From the IMG/VR virus record IMGVR_UViG_3300045988_044952: DNA of 47,112 nt, one strand, 5' to 3'. A program made the translations under genes and the position numbers. Each line of letters opens with the position of its first letter. Position 1 is the stretch's first letter. The stretch comes from a virus. The notes beneath the pieces were generated by a model. It was not told where the DNA came from and did not search any database. It worked only from the letters and a program-made list of their open reading frames with translations. Positions 14,817 to 24,151 of this stretch are shown here, piece by piece.

Positions 14817-15299
14817 ATGGCGCAGGCAATGGAAAAAAGCAAGGTGATTGAATTGTTGGAATACTACAAGGACATAGACGGGGAGGTGAGCATTTACAGA
14901 AAAATCATAACTGATTTAACGGACCAATACTACAACCCCATTGGCGCTATACAGTGCGACGGTCTTCCAAAGGGAAAAAATAATATATCACGACAAACAG
15001 AAAATATGGCGTTGAACATTCCAGATTATGTCAGCGGAGAAATCAGAGAGTATGAAGAAAAGGTGCAGCAGTTGCAGAACCTCAAAGCACAGATGTTACA
15101 GGAGATTTCAAGGTTGAAACTGAAAGAAAAGCGCATTATTTTTGATTTTTACATTCACAACCTCAAATGGGAGCGAGTAGCGGAACGGAACGCATACAGT
15201 GAACGGCAGTGCAAGAACATTAGAGATAATGCCCTTGAAACGCTTTCACAGAGGTTCGGAAAGAACCAGATTATTTCACAATTTCATAAGGTTGCATAA
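14817..15299 (+). CDS. ArpU/RinA-like late transcription regulator (sigma-70 region-4-like)
   Basis: 160 aa, located just upstream of the packaging genes. The C-terminal segment LKEKRIIFDFYIHNLKWERVAERNAYSERQCKNIRDNALETL resembles a sigma region-4 HTH. Confidence 0.6.
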   Translation: MAQAMEKSKVIELLEYYKDIDGEVSIYRKIITDLTDQYYNPIGAIQCDGLPKGKNNISRQTENMALNIPDYVSGEIREYEEKVQQLQNLKAQMLQEISRLKLKEKRIIFDFYIHNLKWERVAERNAYSERQCKNIRDNALETLSQRFGKNQIISQFHKVA

Positions 15300-15392
15300 A
15301 GCAATCATTGCCCGCCATTGCCTGCGATTTGCTGATATAATTTATATCAGTAAAGCAGGCTTTACGCCGTTATATTTGCACGTTGGCAATAG

Positions 15393-15437
15393 TGGGCTTT
15401 GACGATTTTTTGAAATTACAAAGCCCATAATTTTTTT
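15393..15437 (+). terminator. Rho-independent terminator between the late regulator and the packaging genes
   Basis: GGGCTTTG (15393-15400) pairs with CAAAGCCC (15419-15426) and is followed by a T7 run (15431-15437). Confidence 0.6.
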
Positions 15438-15496
15438 ATACTTCCGTAAACCGGGAGGGTTCGGAAGAATGAAAACAAACGAAAAGAGGTGAGGAC

Positions 15497-16306
15497 ATGG
15501 GAAGACCACGCAACCCAGAACGGGACAAGTCGCTACAACGCTATCTGGACGCAGACGGCAAGATTGGAACAGCAGAACTGGCGAAGCTGGCAGGTGTGCC
15601 GGAAAGCCGTATAAGGAAATGGAAGTCAGAAGACAGCTGGGAAGAAGCGCTAAAAAAGAAGCCCAGAAAAAGAGGGGGGCAAAAGGGAAATAAAAATGCA
15701 GCAGGAAAAACCCCAGCAAAAAAGGGGAATAAAAACGCCGTGACGCATGGTGCCTTTGCACAGGCGGGCTATGAGGATATAGACCCGGAGCAGGCAGAAG
15801 CAATAAAGAACATGGGCACGCCGTCTGCACTATCGCAAATGATGAATGAATTGCAGGCGTTGTATGTACGCAAAGCCTATCTGGAAAGCCTACTGCAACA
15901 GTATGAAGCAGCAGACGCCGGGGGCTTCTACACTGATAAGGTAGTACACATGATTGTACCAAAGAGTATGGAGGAACGCCGGGAGGAAGAAGACTGCGGC
16001 ATGGAGCAGACGCAGGCAGCAGACCCAGAGGGCGGCAAGGAGATATACAAAACGGCTATGAAATCCATTATCAAGTCAAGCCCATTCGACAGGGCAATGA
16101 AAGTGGAAGCCGAACTAAACAAGCTGCATGGGCGTATCATTAAGCAGCTGGACAGCATCAAAGCCTATGAGTTGGAGGACAGACGCTTGACGCTGGCTGA
16201 AAAGCAATTTGAATTGAATAAACAGAAACTAACGGGTGAATTTAAGATTGACCCAGAGGAAGACGGAGAAAACGACGAAATAACGGGAATTGTGGACGAG
16301 GTTTGA
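15497..16306 (+). CDS. XtmA/YjcR-like small terminase-type protein (HTH plus GNKNA repeats)
   Basis: N-terminal HTH (IGTAELAKLAGVPESRIRKWKSEDSWEE) followed by GGQKGNKNAAG...KGNKNAVTHGAF, the pattern of PBSX-type small terminase subunits. Confidence 0.65.
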   Translation: MGRPRNPERDKSLQRYLDADGKIGTAELAKLAGVPESRIRKWKSEDSWEEALKKKPRKRGGQKGNKNAAGKTPAKKGNKNAVTHGAFAQAGYEDIDPEQAEAIKNMGTPSALSQMMNELQALYVRKAYLESLLQQYEAADAGGFYTDKVVHMIVPKSMEERREEEDCGMEQTQAADPEGGKEIYKTAMKSIIKSSPFDRAMKVEAELNKLHGRIIKQLDSIKAYELEDRRLTLAEKQFELNKQKLTGEFKIDPEEDGENDEITGIVDEV

Positions 16307-16418
16307 TAGGTTCTGTCAGCGCACCAGAAGCACTGCGGGTACGCCGACGCCCAAAGGTTCCCTAGATATAAATTAAAAATTTTCACTTCCGCTTCCGAAC
16401 CAGAAAAAAAGAAAGGGG

Positions 16419-16919
16419 GTGCGGTTTTTGAAAGCGTATACGTCAAAAGCGGTTGCCGCATGGCTTGACATATCAGAACGCAGAGTGCGCCAGCTGCGGG
16501 ACGAAAAAGTGATAACGGAAATCAGACCGGGGCTGTACGATTTGAAAACCGTAAACCACCAATACATAAACTACCTGCGGAAGAACAACCCGGACAGCGA
16601 AAGCACAATAAATTACAATGCGGAGCGGGCAAAACTGGTGAGAGCAAAGAGGGAAGCGCAAGAACTGGAATTGAAGCTGCGCAGAAATGAAGTTCACACC
16701 ACAGAGGACGTGGAACAGGTAATGACAGACACGCTGGTTAGGTTCAAAACAAGACTTATGGCAATACCTGCAAAGTTAAGTCCGATTTTATCAAAGAAAA
16801 AGGACCAGACAGAAATTTTCAAGCTGCTGAAAAGCGCTATTGATGAGGTACTGGAAGAACTTTCAGACTTTCAGACAGTGTTTGGGTACGGTGTAGAAGA
16901 TGAAGAAACACACAGCTGA
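16419..16919 (+). CDS. terS: Nu1-like small terminase subunit
   Basis: N-terminal HTH (AVAAWLDISERRVRQLRDEKVI). The middle segment ERAKLVRAKREAQELELKLRRNEVHTTEDVEQVMTDTLVRFKTRLMAIPAKL parallels the lambda Nu1 core. The start may be TTG 16428 instead of GTG 16419. Confidence 0.65.
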   Translation: MRFLKAYTSKAVAAWLDISERRVRQLRDEKVITEIRPGLYDLKTVNHQYINYLRKNNPDSESTINYNAERAKLVRAKREAQELELKLRRNEVHTTEDVEQVMTDTLVRFKTRLMAIPAKLSPILSKKKDQTEIFKLLKSAIDEVLEELSDFQTVFGYGVEDEETHS

Positions 16920-18735
16920 TATGTTCGCCCGCATTTTTAAGGTATTGCAGCCGCCACCGGAAATGACACTTTCCCAGTGGGCAGATAAATTCCGCAGGCT
17001 GTCTGCCGGGTCTTCCGCAGAACCGGGACGCTGGAAGACAGCAAAAGCCCCGTACCAGAAAGAAATCATGGACGCAATAACAGACATCACAATTAAAAAA
17101 GTGGTGATAATGTCAGCGGCGCAGGTGGGAAAAACAGACGCAATGGTGCTGAACCCTATTGGCTACTATGTGCATTATGACCCGTCACCGATTATGGTTA
17201 TACAGCCCACAATAGACATGGCAGAGAAGTTTTCAAAAGAAAAGCTGTCACCCATGCTGCGTGATACCCCCGTACTTGCGGACAGAATAAACGAAAAGTC
17301 ACGAAACAGCGGTAATACAATCATGCAGAAGATATTCCCCGGCGGTTTTATCACTATTGCCGGGGCAAATAGCCCAACGGGATTGCGTAGCCACACAATC
17401 AGAATATTGCTTGCGGACGAAATAGACGCATACCCAGCCAGTGCAGGAAAAGAGGGCGACCCGCTTCTATTGGCTTCAAAAAGACAGACGACGTTCTGGA
17501 ACAAGAAGCAAGTGGACATTTCCACACCGACGGTCAAGGGCGTATCAAGAATAGAAGTGGAGTACGAAAACAGCAGCCGGGGAGAGTGGAACACGCCTTG
17601 CCCGTGCTGCGGAGAACTGCAACCGCTGGTCTGGTCAAATGTAGTCTTTGACAAAGAGGACTTGTCAGAAATCAAATACGCTTGCAGCAAATGCGGCGTC
17701 ATATCCAGTGAAGCAGAGTGGAAAGAACACTTTACAGAGGGAACCTTTGTGCATGAGGACCCGGAAAACCCCGTGCGTGGGTTCCATTTGAACACGCTTG
17801 CGTCAACACTGACCACATGGCAAGAAGTGGTTGAAAAATTCTTGATTGCCAATGCAGAAATGAAAAAAGGCAATGTGGAATTGATGAAAGTATGGACCAA
17901 TACGGAAATGGGGCAGACGTGGGAGGAAGACGGCGAAACCGTAGAAGACGACGAACTGATGAAGCGCAGGGAGAAGTACAACTGCGAAGTGCCAGAAGAA
18001 GTGCTGTATTTGACCGCAGGCGTGGACACACAGGACGATAGATTTGAAATTGAGGTTGTGGGCTGGGGTCCAGAATATGAAAGCTGGGGAATTAAGTATG
18101 CCGTGATATACGGTGACACGTCGAACATGGAAGACCAGTGCTGGAAAGACCTTGACACGTTTTTGCAGCAGTCGTGGAAAAAAGCAGACGAAACGCAGCT
18201 GAAATTGTCATGCACCTGCATAGATAGTGGAGGACACCGAAGCAATCAAGTATATAAGTTCTGCAAAGCACGGTTCAATCGCAGGGTATTTGCAATCAAA
18301 GGTTCAAACGATAGTGCAGCGGCATACATTCAGAAGCCGACAAAAAGCAACCGTGAGGGCGCATATCTGTTCACGCTGGGAGTAGACACAGGAAAAAGTT
18401 TGTTAATGGACAGATTGAAGCTGGAAGACGAGGGACCCGGCTTTTGCCACTTCCCAAAGGAAGACGGCAGGGGCTATGATGAAAAGTATTTCAAGGGGCT
18501 AACGTCGGAAAAAAAGGTCATGCGCTATAAAATGGGCAGACCGTATTTTGCATGGGACCTGAAAGACAAAGGACAGCACAAACGAAACGAAGCGCTTGAC
18601 TGCCGGAACTACGCCACGGCAGCTATTGAAATAACGGGCGTACCATTAAAGAAACCGAAAAAGAAAGAGAATAAGCCGCAGACAACAAAGAAAGTTGTGA
18701 AGCGGGGAAGAAGAAACAGTGGAGGTATATTATAA
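16900..18735 (+). CDS. terL: Terminase large subunit, GpA family
   Basis: 611 aa. Motifs: LSQWADKFRRLS...GRWKTAKAPYQKEIMDA, Walker A-like MSAAQVGKTD and LADEIDAYP. Confidence 0.9.
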   Translation: MKKHTADMFARIFKVLQPPPEMTLSQWADKFRRLSAGSSAEPGRWKTAKAPYQKEIMDAITDITIKKVVIMSAAQVGKTDAMVLNPIGYYVHYDPSPIMVIQPTIDMAEKFSKEKLSPMLRDTPVLADRINEKSRNSGNTIMQKIFPGGFITIAGANSPTGLRSHTIRILLADEIDAYPASAGKEGDPLLLASKRQTTFWNKKQVDISTPTVKGVSRIEVEYENSSRGEWNTPCPCCGELQPLVWSNVVFDKEDLSEIKYACSKCGVISSEAEWKEHFTEGTFVHEDPENPVRGFHLNTLASTLTTWQEVVEKFLIANAEMKKGNVELMKVWTNTEMGQTWEEDGETVEDDELMKRREKYNCEVPEEVLYLTAGVDTQDDRFEIEVVGWGPEYESWGIKYAVIYGDTSNMEDQCWKDLDTFLQQSWKKADETQLKLSCTCIDSGGHRSNQVYKFCKARFNRRVFAIKGSNDSAAAYIQKPTKSNREGAYLFTLGVDTGKSLLMDRLKLEDEGPGFCHFPKEDGRGYDEKYFKGLTSEKKVMRYKMGRPYFAWDLKDKGQHKRNEALDCRNYATAAIEITGVPLKKPKKKENKPQTTKKVVKRGRRNSGGIL

Positions 18736-18972
18736 ATGGCAGGAATTACACTGGAAACAGCAAAAAGGCACCTTGACGCATGGCTGGAAGCAGAACTGGC
18801 GGTGACAAATGCGCAGTCATACACAATCGGCAGCAGGACCATGACAAAAGCTGATTTAGCGGAAATCAGAAAGTCTATTGAATATTGGCAAGGAAAGGTC
18901 AATGCGCTGGAGAACGCAGCCAAACACGGCGGCAGAAACCGGGTAAAACGATTTGTACCCCGTGACTTGTAA
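18736..18972 (+). CDS. gpW-like head-tail joining protein
   Basis: 78 aa. LETAKRHLDAWLEAELAVTNAQSYTIGSRTMTKADLAEIRKSIEYW matches the gpW pattern and sits in the gpW position between terL and the portal gene. Confidence 0.75.
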   Translation: MAGITLETAKRHLDAWLEAELAVTNAQSYTIGSRTMTKADLAEIRKSIEYWQGKVNALENAAKHGGRNRVKRFVPRDL

Positions 18973-19070
18973 AGATTGCCCGCTATTGCCCGTTTTAGGG
19001 GTTTATTTCCCCCCATTGCCCGCAAAAATGAGGTAATATTGTAGCGTGGAAAAATAAGAAAAGACAAAAA

Positions 19071-19094
19071 GCACCCGTGAAAAGGTGCTTTTTT
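19071..19094 (+). terminator. Stem-loop plus T-run immediately upstream of the portal gene
   Basis: GCACC-CGTGAAAA-GGTGC followed by TTTTTT, with an A-tract upstream. Confidence 0.45.
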
Positions 19095-19117
19095 CATGCC
19101 ATAAAGGAGGTGAGAAC

Positions 19118-20674
19118 GTGGGGATTGCAGCGGGAATTGATAAGGCAATAGCAGCGATTGCGCCGCAAACAGCACTGAAAAGGATTGCTGCAAGACAGAA
19201 ATTGCAGATATTAAACAGCGGTTACAGCAATTATGGGGCAAGCGTAACAAAAAAATCACTTATGGGCTGGCTTCATGCTGGCGGCAGCAGCCGTGAGGAC
19301 ATAGAAGACAATGTTTCTGTCCTGCGGCAGCGCACCCGTGATTTATATATGGGCGTACCGATTGCCAACGGCGCTGTCAAGACCATGCGCACCAATGTAG
19401 TTGGGCGTGGACTACGTTTGAAACCGAACATAGACGCTGAAATATTAGGGCTGACACCAGAAGAAAGAAGAAGTCTGGAAAAGCAGATTGAAAGGGAATG
19501 GAACATCTGGGCAGAAAGCACAGATTGTGACATGGCACGCATTGATAATTTTTATGAGTTGCAGCAGTTGGTGTTTCTGAACTGGCTTATTTCTGGTGAC
19601 TGCTTGGCAGTGCTGCCAGTAAAGCCCAGATTAAACCAGCCGTATGATTTGCGTGTGCAGCTGATTGAAGCGGACAGGCTTTGCAGCCCGGACAACTGCG
19701 ACACAATAGACAACAAGATTGTTGGAGGTGTAGAGGTTGACCAGTCCGGGGAGGTGGTAGCGTACCACATAGCAGACCACCACCCGTTGTCATACGCATA
19801 CACAGACATTAAATGGCAGAGGGTAGAAGCATTTGGAATAAAGACGGGCAGAAGAAATGTGCTGCACTTGATGAACCGTGAGAGGATAGAGCAGCGCAGG
19901 GGCGTTCCGTTCCTTGCCCCGGTCATTGAGAGCTTGAAGCAGCTTGGACGCTATACAGACGCAGAACTGGTGGCGGCGGTTGTGTCTGGAATGTTTACGG
20001 TGTTTATTGAAAAGGCAGACGCCAGCAACGAGGACGCAATAGGAAGCATGATACCAGAGGAAGTGCAGGTTGACGCAGAGGACGAAACCACCATTGAACT
20101 TGCGCCGGGTGCTGTCTTTGACTTAAACGAGGGCGAAAAAGCACATGACATGAACCCCGGAAGACCAAACGCCAATTTTAATGGCTTTGTGGAAGCTATA
20201 TGCCAGCAAATAGGCGCTTCACTTGAAATTCCTTATGAATTGCTTGTAAAACGCTTTAACGCCAGTTATACAGCCAGCAAAGGGGCACTGGAAGAAGCAT
20301 GGAAAATGTTCAATATGTACCGGGATTGGTTGGCAACAGACTTTTGCCAGCCCGTGTACGAAGAATGGCTGACAGAAGCGGTGGCAAAAGGGCGCATCAA
20401 GGCACCGGGTTTCTTTACTGACGCAGTAATCAGAAAAGCATATTGCACGGCAAAATGGAACGGTCCGGCAAAAGGTATGCTTGACCCAGTAAAAGAGGTT
20501 ACGGCAGCGGAAAAGAGAGTGCAAAACGGTTTCAGCACCAGAAGTGATGAAACAATGCAAATGACAGGTAGCGGCTATTACAGCAATGTTGAGCAGCTGA
20601 AACATGAAGAAAAAGAACTAAGGGAGGTAAGGAAAATTGCCAATGGAAATGCAGACGACCCGGCAACAGGATAA
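19118..20674 (+). CDS. Portal protein, lambda family
   Basis: GTG 19118 after AAAGGAGGTGAGAAC. Contains SGYSNYGAS...WLHAGGSSREDI...LRQRTRDLYMGVPIANGAVKT, typical of lambda-family portals. Confidence 0.85.
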   Translation: MGIAAGIDKAIAAIAPQTALKRIAARQKLQILNSGYSNYGASVTKKSLMGWLHAGGSSREDIEDNVSVLRQRTRDLYMGVPIANGAVKTMRTNVVGRGLRLKPNIDAEILGLTPEERRSLEKQIEREWNIWAESTDCDMARIDNFYELQQLVFLNWLISGDCLAVLPVKPRLNQPYDLRVQLIEADRLCSPDNCDTIDNKIVGGVEVDQSGEVVAYHIADHHPLSYAYTDIKWQRVEAFGIKTGRRNVLHLMNRERIEQRRGVPFLAPVIESLKQLGRYTDAELVAAVVSGMFTVFIEKADASNEDAIGSMIPEEVQVDAEDETTIELAPGAVFDLNEGEKAHDMNPGRPNANFNGFVEAICQQIGASLEIPYELLVKRFNASYTASKGALEEAWKMFNMYRDWLATDFCQPVYEEWLTEAVAKGRIKAPGFFTDAVIRKAYCTAKWNGPAKGMLDPVKEVTAAEKRVQNGFSTRSDETMQMTGSGYYSNVEQLKHEEKELREVRKIANGNADDPATG

Positions 20675-21824
20675 CAGGCAACCGGGCAACCCATACGGGG
20701 TCACAACAAATAAATTCTGGAATTTCATTCCGGCAGCAGGCGACAAGCCACCAGAACTGCTTCTGTACGGAGCAATCAGCAGTCAGCAGTCATGGTGGGA
20801 AGACAGGGTAACACCGCAGCAATTCAACGCAGAACTTGCGGAACTGGGCGACGTCCCGGAAATTATCGTGCGCATTAACAGCGGCGGCGGTGATGTGTTC
20901 GCAGCAAACGCAATATTTACACGGTTGAAAGACTGTTCGGCGAAAGTGACGGTCAAAATTGACGGCTGGGCAGCTTCCGCAGCCACAATCATTGCAATGG
21001 CGGGCGACACAATCAAGATTGCCCGCAACGGCGTGTTTATGATACATGACCCAGCAATGACAGTCTGGGACACTTTCAAGGCAGAAGACTTTCTGAAAAT
21101 GGCTGATGAATTGAAAGTGATTAAACAAAGCATTGTCAACACATACGCCAGCAAGACCGGGAGAAATGCAGAGGACATAGAACAGCTTATGTCAAATGAA
21201 ACATGGTGGACAGGAGACACAGCCGTTGAAAATGGGTTTTGTGATGAACTAATGTTTGAAGAAAGCAGCACAGTTGTTGAAAATTCTTCAAAAATTGTGG
21301 TTAATTCAGTGCCCATTGATGTTTCTATGTTCAAAAGTATTCCAACACAGTTATTAAACAGCCCGCACAATCAAAATCCGGGTAGTTTGATAAATAATAG
21401 TGCAGCAGCAAGCAAAAAGCCACAGGAAAAGGAGGAACAACAAATGGCAGCACAAGAAAACAAAATCACAACGGTTGACACACTAAAAGCCGCTTACCCG
21501 GATTTAGTAGCGACAATTCAGAACGACGCAGCCGCCGCAGAACGTGCCAGAATTAAAAGCATTGAGGATTTGACAAACGGTAACTATGCAGCACTTGCGG
21601 CAGACGCAAAATTCACGAACCCAACTTCTGCGCAGGAATTGGCAGTGAAAATCATTGCAGAGCAGAACAAAGCTGGGGGCACATACATTGAGAACCGCCA
21701 GAAAGACGCACAGGACAGCGGGGCAAATGGAGTGCTTGGAGCAGTGCCGGAGGACGGAGCAGGCGACAACGGCAAGAATGTTTTTGAAGCAGCTATTGAC
21801 AAGCTGTTTCCAGAAGTGAAGTAA
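20643..21824 (+). CDS. ClpP-family head maturation protease fused to a scaffold-like C-terminus (gpC-like)
   Basis: Motifs INSGGGDVFAANAI...IDGWAASAATIIAMAGD...MIHDP (ClpP/S49-like), followed by an Ala/Gln-rich helical C-terminal half. The start could be TTG 20637 or ATG 20643. Confidence 0.8.
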   Translation: MEMQTTRQQDNRQPGNPYGVTTNKFWNFIPAAGDKPPELLLYGAISSQQSWWEDRVTPQQFNAELAELGDVPEIIVRINSGGGDVFAANAIFTRLKDCSAKVTVKIDGWAASAATIIAMAGDTIKIARNGVFMIHDPAMTVWDTFKAEDFLKMADELKVIKQSIVNTYASKTGRNAEDIEQLMSNETWWTGDTAVENGFCDELMFEESSTVVENSSKIVVNSVPIDVSMFKSIPTQLLNSPHNQNPGSLINNSAAASKKPQEKEEQQMAAQENKITTVDTLKAAYPDLVATIQNDAAAAERARIKSIEDLTNGNYAALAADAKFTNPTSAQELAVKIIAEQNKAGGTYIENRQKDAQDSGANGVLGAVPEDGAGDNGKNVFEAAIDKLFPEVK

Positions 21825-21837
21825 GGAGGTAGCAGGC

Positions 21838-22173
21838 ATGAGCGAATATGCAGTAGAGAAAAGAGAAACAGCGCCGAAAAACTTCTTTGCTGGCGACTTC
21901 CCAACAGTGCCGGAAACGGGGACTGCGGGTGCGGATATTAAAGAGTATGCGCCAGTAATGGTTGACACGGCGAGTGACAACAAAATTATCCCGGTAGCCA
22001 AAGGAAGCGAAGCAAGCGCAATCGGCATTTCTGCGGCAGCAGCAGGAAACGGGGAACCCGTGACATATTACATGACAGGTGAGTTTTTCACCGACGCATT
22101 AAGCGTTGAAAGCGGCACTGATGTGGCGAAAATCAAAGAAGCATTAAGAAAAGTATCAATCTTTTTGAGATAA
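21838..22173 (+). CDS. Head decoration protein (gpD-like)
   Basis: 111 aa between the protease and the major capsid gene. NFFAGDFP...EPVTYYMTGEFFTDAL resembles the gpD family. Confidence 0.7.
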   Translation: MSEYAVEKRETAPKNFFAGDFPTVPETGTAGADIKEYAPVMVDTASDNKIIPVAKGSEASAIGISAAAAGNGEPVTYYMTGEFFTDALSVESGTDVAKIKEALRKVSIFLR

Positions 22174-22189
22174 GGAGGAAAAAGAAATC

Positions 22190-23245
22190 ATGGCAAATGA
22201 AGTATCTATTTATGAGCCACGGACAATGGGCAGAGTGGTTCAGAAATTACCGCCCGTGCGTACCTTTTTCAGAAGTACGTTTTTCAAACATGAGGAAACT
22301 TTCACAACAAAAAATGTTGATGTAGATTTCAGAAAGGGCAGCAGAAAGGTTGCGCCGTTTGTAAGCCGCTTAATTGGTGGAAAGGTAGTGCCGAACACTG
22401 GCTATGAAACAAAGACCTATACGCCGCCTTTAGTAGCCCCGGAAAAGGTCACAACGGTTGACGACCTTTTACAGAGAAGACCGGGTGAAAGTATTTATTC
22501 CGGCAGAACACCTGCGGAACGTGCCGTATTGAAAATGGCAGACGATTTTGTGGAATTAAGAGAACAGATTGTGCGCCGTGAAGAATTGATGTGCGCCCAG
22601 ACAATCTTCACTGGTAAAATTCCCATTATCGGTGACGGCGTGAATGAAGAAATTGACTTCTTTTTCACCAACAAAGAAACCATTTCAGAAGCAAAGAAGA
22701 AATGGACTGCCGACACTTCCGACCCTATCGCAGATTTAAAACGCTGGCATGAAACCGTCCAGAAGACAGGTTTTGTGAACTGCGATATTTGCGTTATGGG
22801 AACAGGCGTTGCAAATGCGTTTGTGGGCAATGCAAAGGTGCAGAAAGTTCTTGACGTAAAGAACTACAATTTAGCAGTTATTCAGCCACGACAGCTTCCG
22901 AACGGTACAACGTATCTGGGAACCATTCACGAATTAGGGCTTGATATTTACAAGTACAACGAATGGTATTTGGACGACTGGACAAACCCGGCAGCACCAG
23001 AGGACAAGCCGCTTGTACCTGCGGACAGTCTGGCACTGTTAAGCACAAGCAGTGACTATTCCATGTACTACGGCGCAATTACACTGATTAAGGAGCCGGA
23101 CGGCAACTTTATGACCGTTGAGGGAAAATATGTGCCGGACACATGGACAAAGCGCAAGCCTGCAAGAAGATTTCTCAATCTGTCTTCCGCACCGTTATGC
23201 GTACCGCATGACGTTGACAGCTGGTTTGTTGCAACGCCTATTTAA
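22190..23245 (+). CDS. Major capsid protein, gpE family
   Basis: 351 aa. The N-terminus YEPRTMGRVVQKLPPVRTFFRSTFF..VDVDFRKGSRKVAPFVSR is typical of the Phage_cap_E family. Confidence 0.85.
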   Translation: MANEVSIYEPRTMGRVVQKLPPVRTFFRSTFFKHEETFTTKNVDVDFRKGSRKVAPFVSRLIGGKVVPNTGYETKTYTPPLVAPEKVTTVDDLLQRRPGESIYSGRTPAERAVLKMADDFVELREQIVRREELMCAQTIFTGKIPIIGDGVNEEIDFFFTNKETISEAKKKWTADTSDPIADLKRWHETVQKTGFVNCDICVMGTGVANAFVGNAKVQKVLDVKNYNLAVIQPRQLPNGTTYLGTIHELGLDIYKYNEWYLDDWTNPAAPEDKPLVPADSLALLSTSSDYSMYYGAITLIKEPDGNFMTVEGKYVPDTWTKRKPARRFLNLSSAPLCVPHDVDSWFVATPI

Positions 23246-23589
23246 TGGACTTCAAAGCACAGCTTGTCAGTGACATGAAAGTGTTTCATAACTGCGGCGA
23301 AATGGCAACCATGACAGACGTATGGTATCAAGAAAAACAACACTATATACCCATTATCATTGACCACACGGCAGCCGACGAACGGCAGAGAGGAAGCGGG
23401 GACAATGCAGAGGGGTTACACCGTGCGTCATGTCTTGTCTATATGTCGCTGTATGACTTTGGTTGCGTACCAAAGCAGGGGCGGCAGATAGAAATTGACG
23501 AAGCCGGGGCGGTAAATATGTACCGTATCGCAAAGGCAGATTGTGAAGACGGGGAAATAATTCTGGAATTGGAGATGTTGGAAGAATGA
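23245..23589 (+). CDS. Head-tail connector candidate (hypothetical)
   Basis: 114 aa, translationally coupled (TAATG). Assigned by position only. Confidence 0.45.
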   Translation: MDFKAQLVSDMKVFHNCGEMATMTDVWYQEKQHYIPIIIDHTAADERQRGSGDNAEGLHRASCLVYMSLYDFGCVPKQGRQIEIDEAGAVNMYRIAKADCEDGEIILELEMLEE

Positions 23590-24146
23590 TTGAAATAACA
23601 TCTGACGCAATAGAAAGAGTTGGAACCCTGCTGGCAGACGTCCCAAAGGGTGCGGAACGGGTCTTTGCTAACGCAATGAACCGTGGTATTTCCAGAGTGA
23701 AGACACAGGCTTTGAAAAGAACAAAGCAGGTATACACGGTAAACAATGGCGCACTGACAGCGAGAACAACAATGCAGATAAACAAAGCCAGCACGGGAAA
23801 CCTTGCGGGCTTTGTTTCGTTTGCAGGAACAAAACTGCCGTTATATCAATTCAAGGTGACGCCCACGAAATCTGGAACAGGAAAACAGGTGCGCGCGGCA
23901 GTTAAGAAAGGCGGCAGCGCAACACCGTTTGAAGACGCCTTTGTTGCGAACATGAAAAACGGCATGGGCGTATATGAGAGAGTAACCAGAAAGCGTGTAC
24001 CGACAGAACAGCTTATGGGTCTTTCAGCTGCGCAAATGGTAGGAAGCCCGGAAGTTATAGACGGACTGCAAGACGAGGTACAAGAACTGGTGAATGAACG
24101 TATTGTCCATGAAATGAACAGAATTTTGAATGGATATGGAGGATAA
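23586..24146 (+). CDS. gpZ-like head-tail/tail completion protein (putative)
   Basis: 186 aa. The position and pattern (FANAMNRGISRVKTQALKRTKQVYTV) are reminiscent of minor tail protein Z-like proteins. Confidence 0.4.
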   Translation: MIEITSDAIERVGTLLADVPKGAERVFANAMNRGISRVKTQALKRTKQVYTVNNGALTARTTMQINKASTGNLAGFVSFAGTKLPLYQFKVTPTKSGTGKQVRAAVKKGGSATPFEDAFVANMKNGMGVYERVTRKRVPTEQLMGLSAAQMVGSPEVIDGLQDEVQELVNERIVHEMNRILNGYGG

Positions 24147-24151
24147 AAAGC

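Noticed and set aside
15439-15452. Eleventh operator copy (TACTTCCGTAAACC) upstream of the packaging genes
   Set aside because: Only the left part matches. Its CTTCCG pairs with CGGAAG at 15462-15467 in a local hairpin, so it may be a fortuitous or structural sequence. It is mentioned but not counted as a firm site.
17175-18245. 356-aa minus-strand ORF, and similar long antisense ORFs (531-1310, 8103-8690, 10172-10762, 15342-15962, 18609-19259, 20783-21370, 28059-28697, 29445-29969)
   Set aside because: All lie antisense inside confidently recognised genes (terL, int, PAPS reductase, portal, protease, tape measure and others). All have Ser/Leu/Cys/Pro-rich shadow-frame composition and no RBS.
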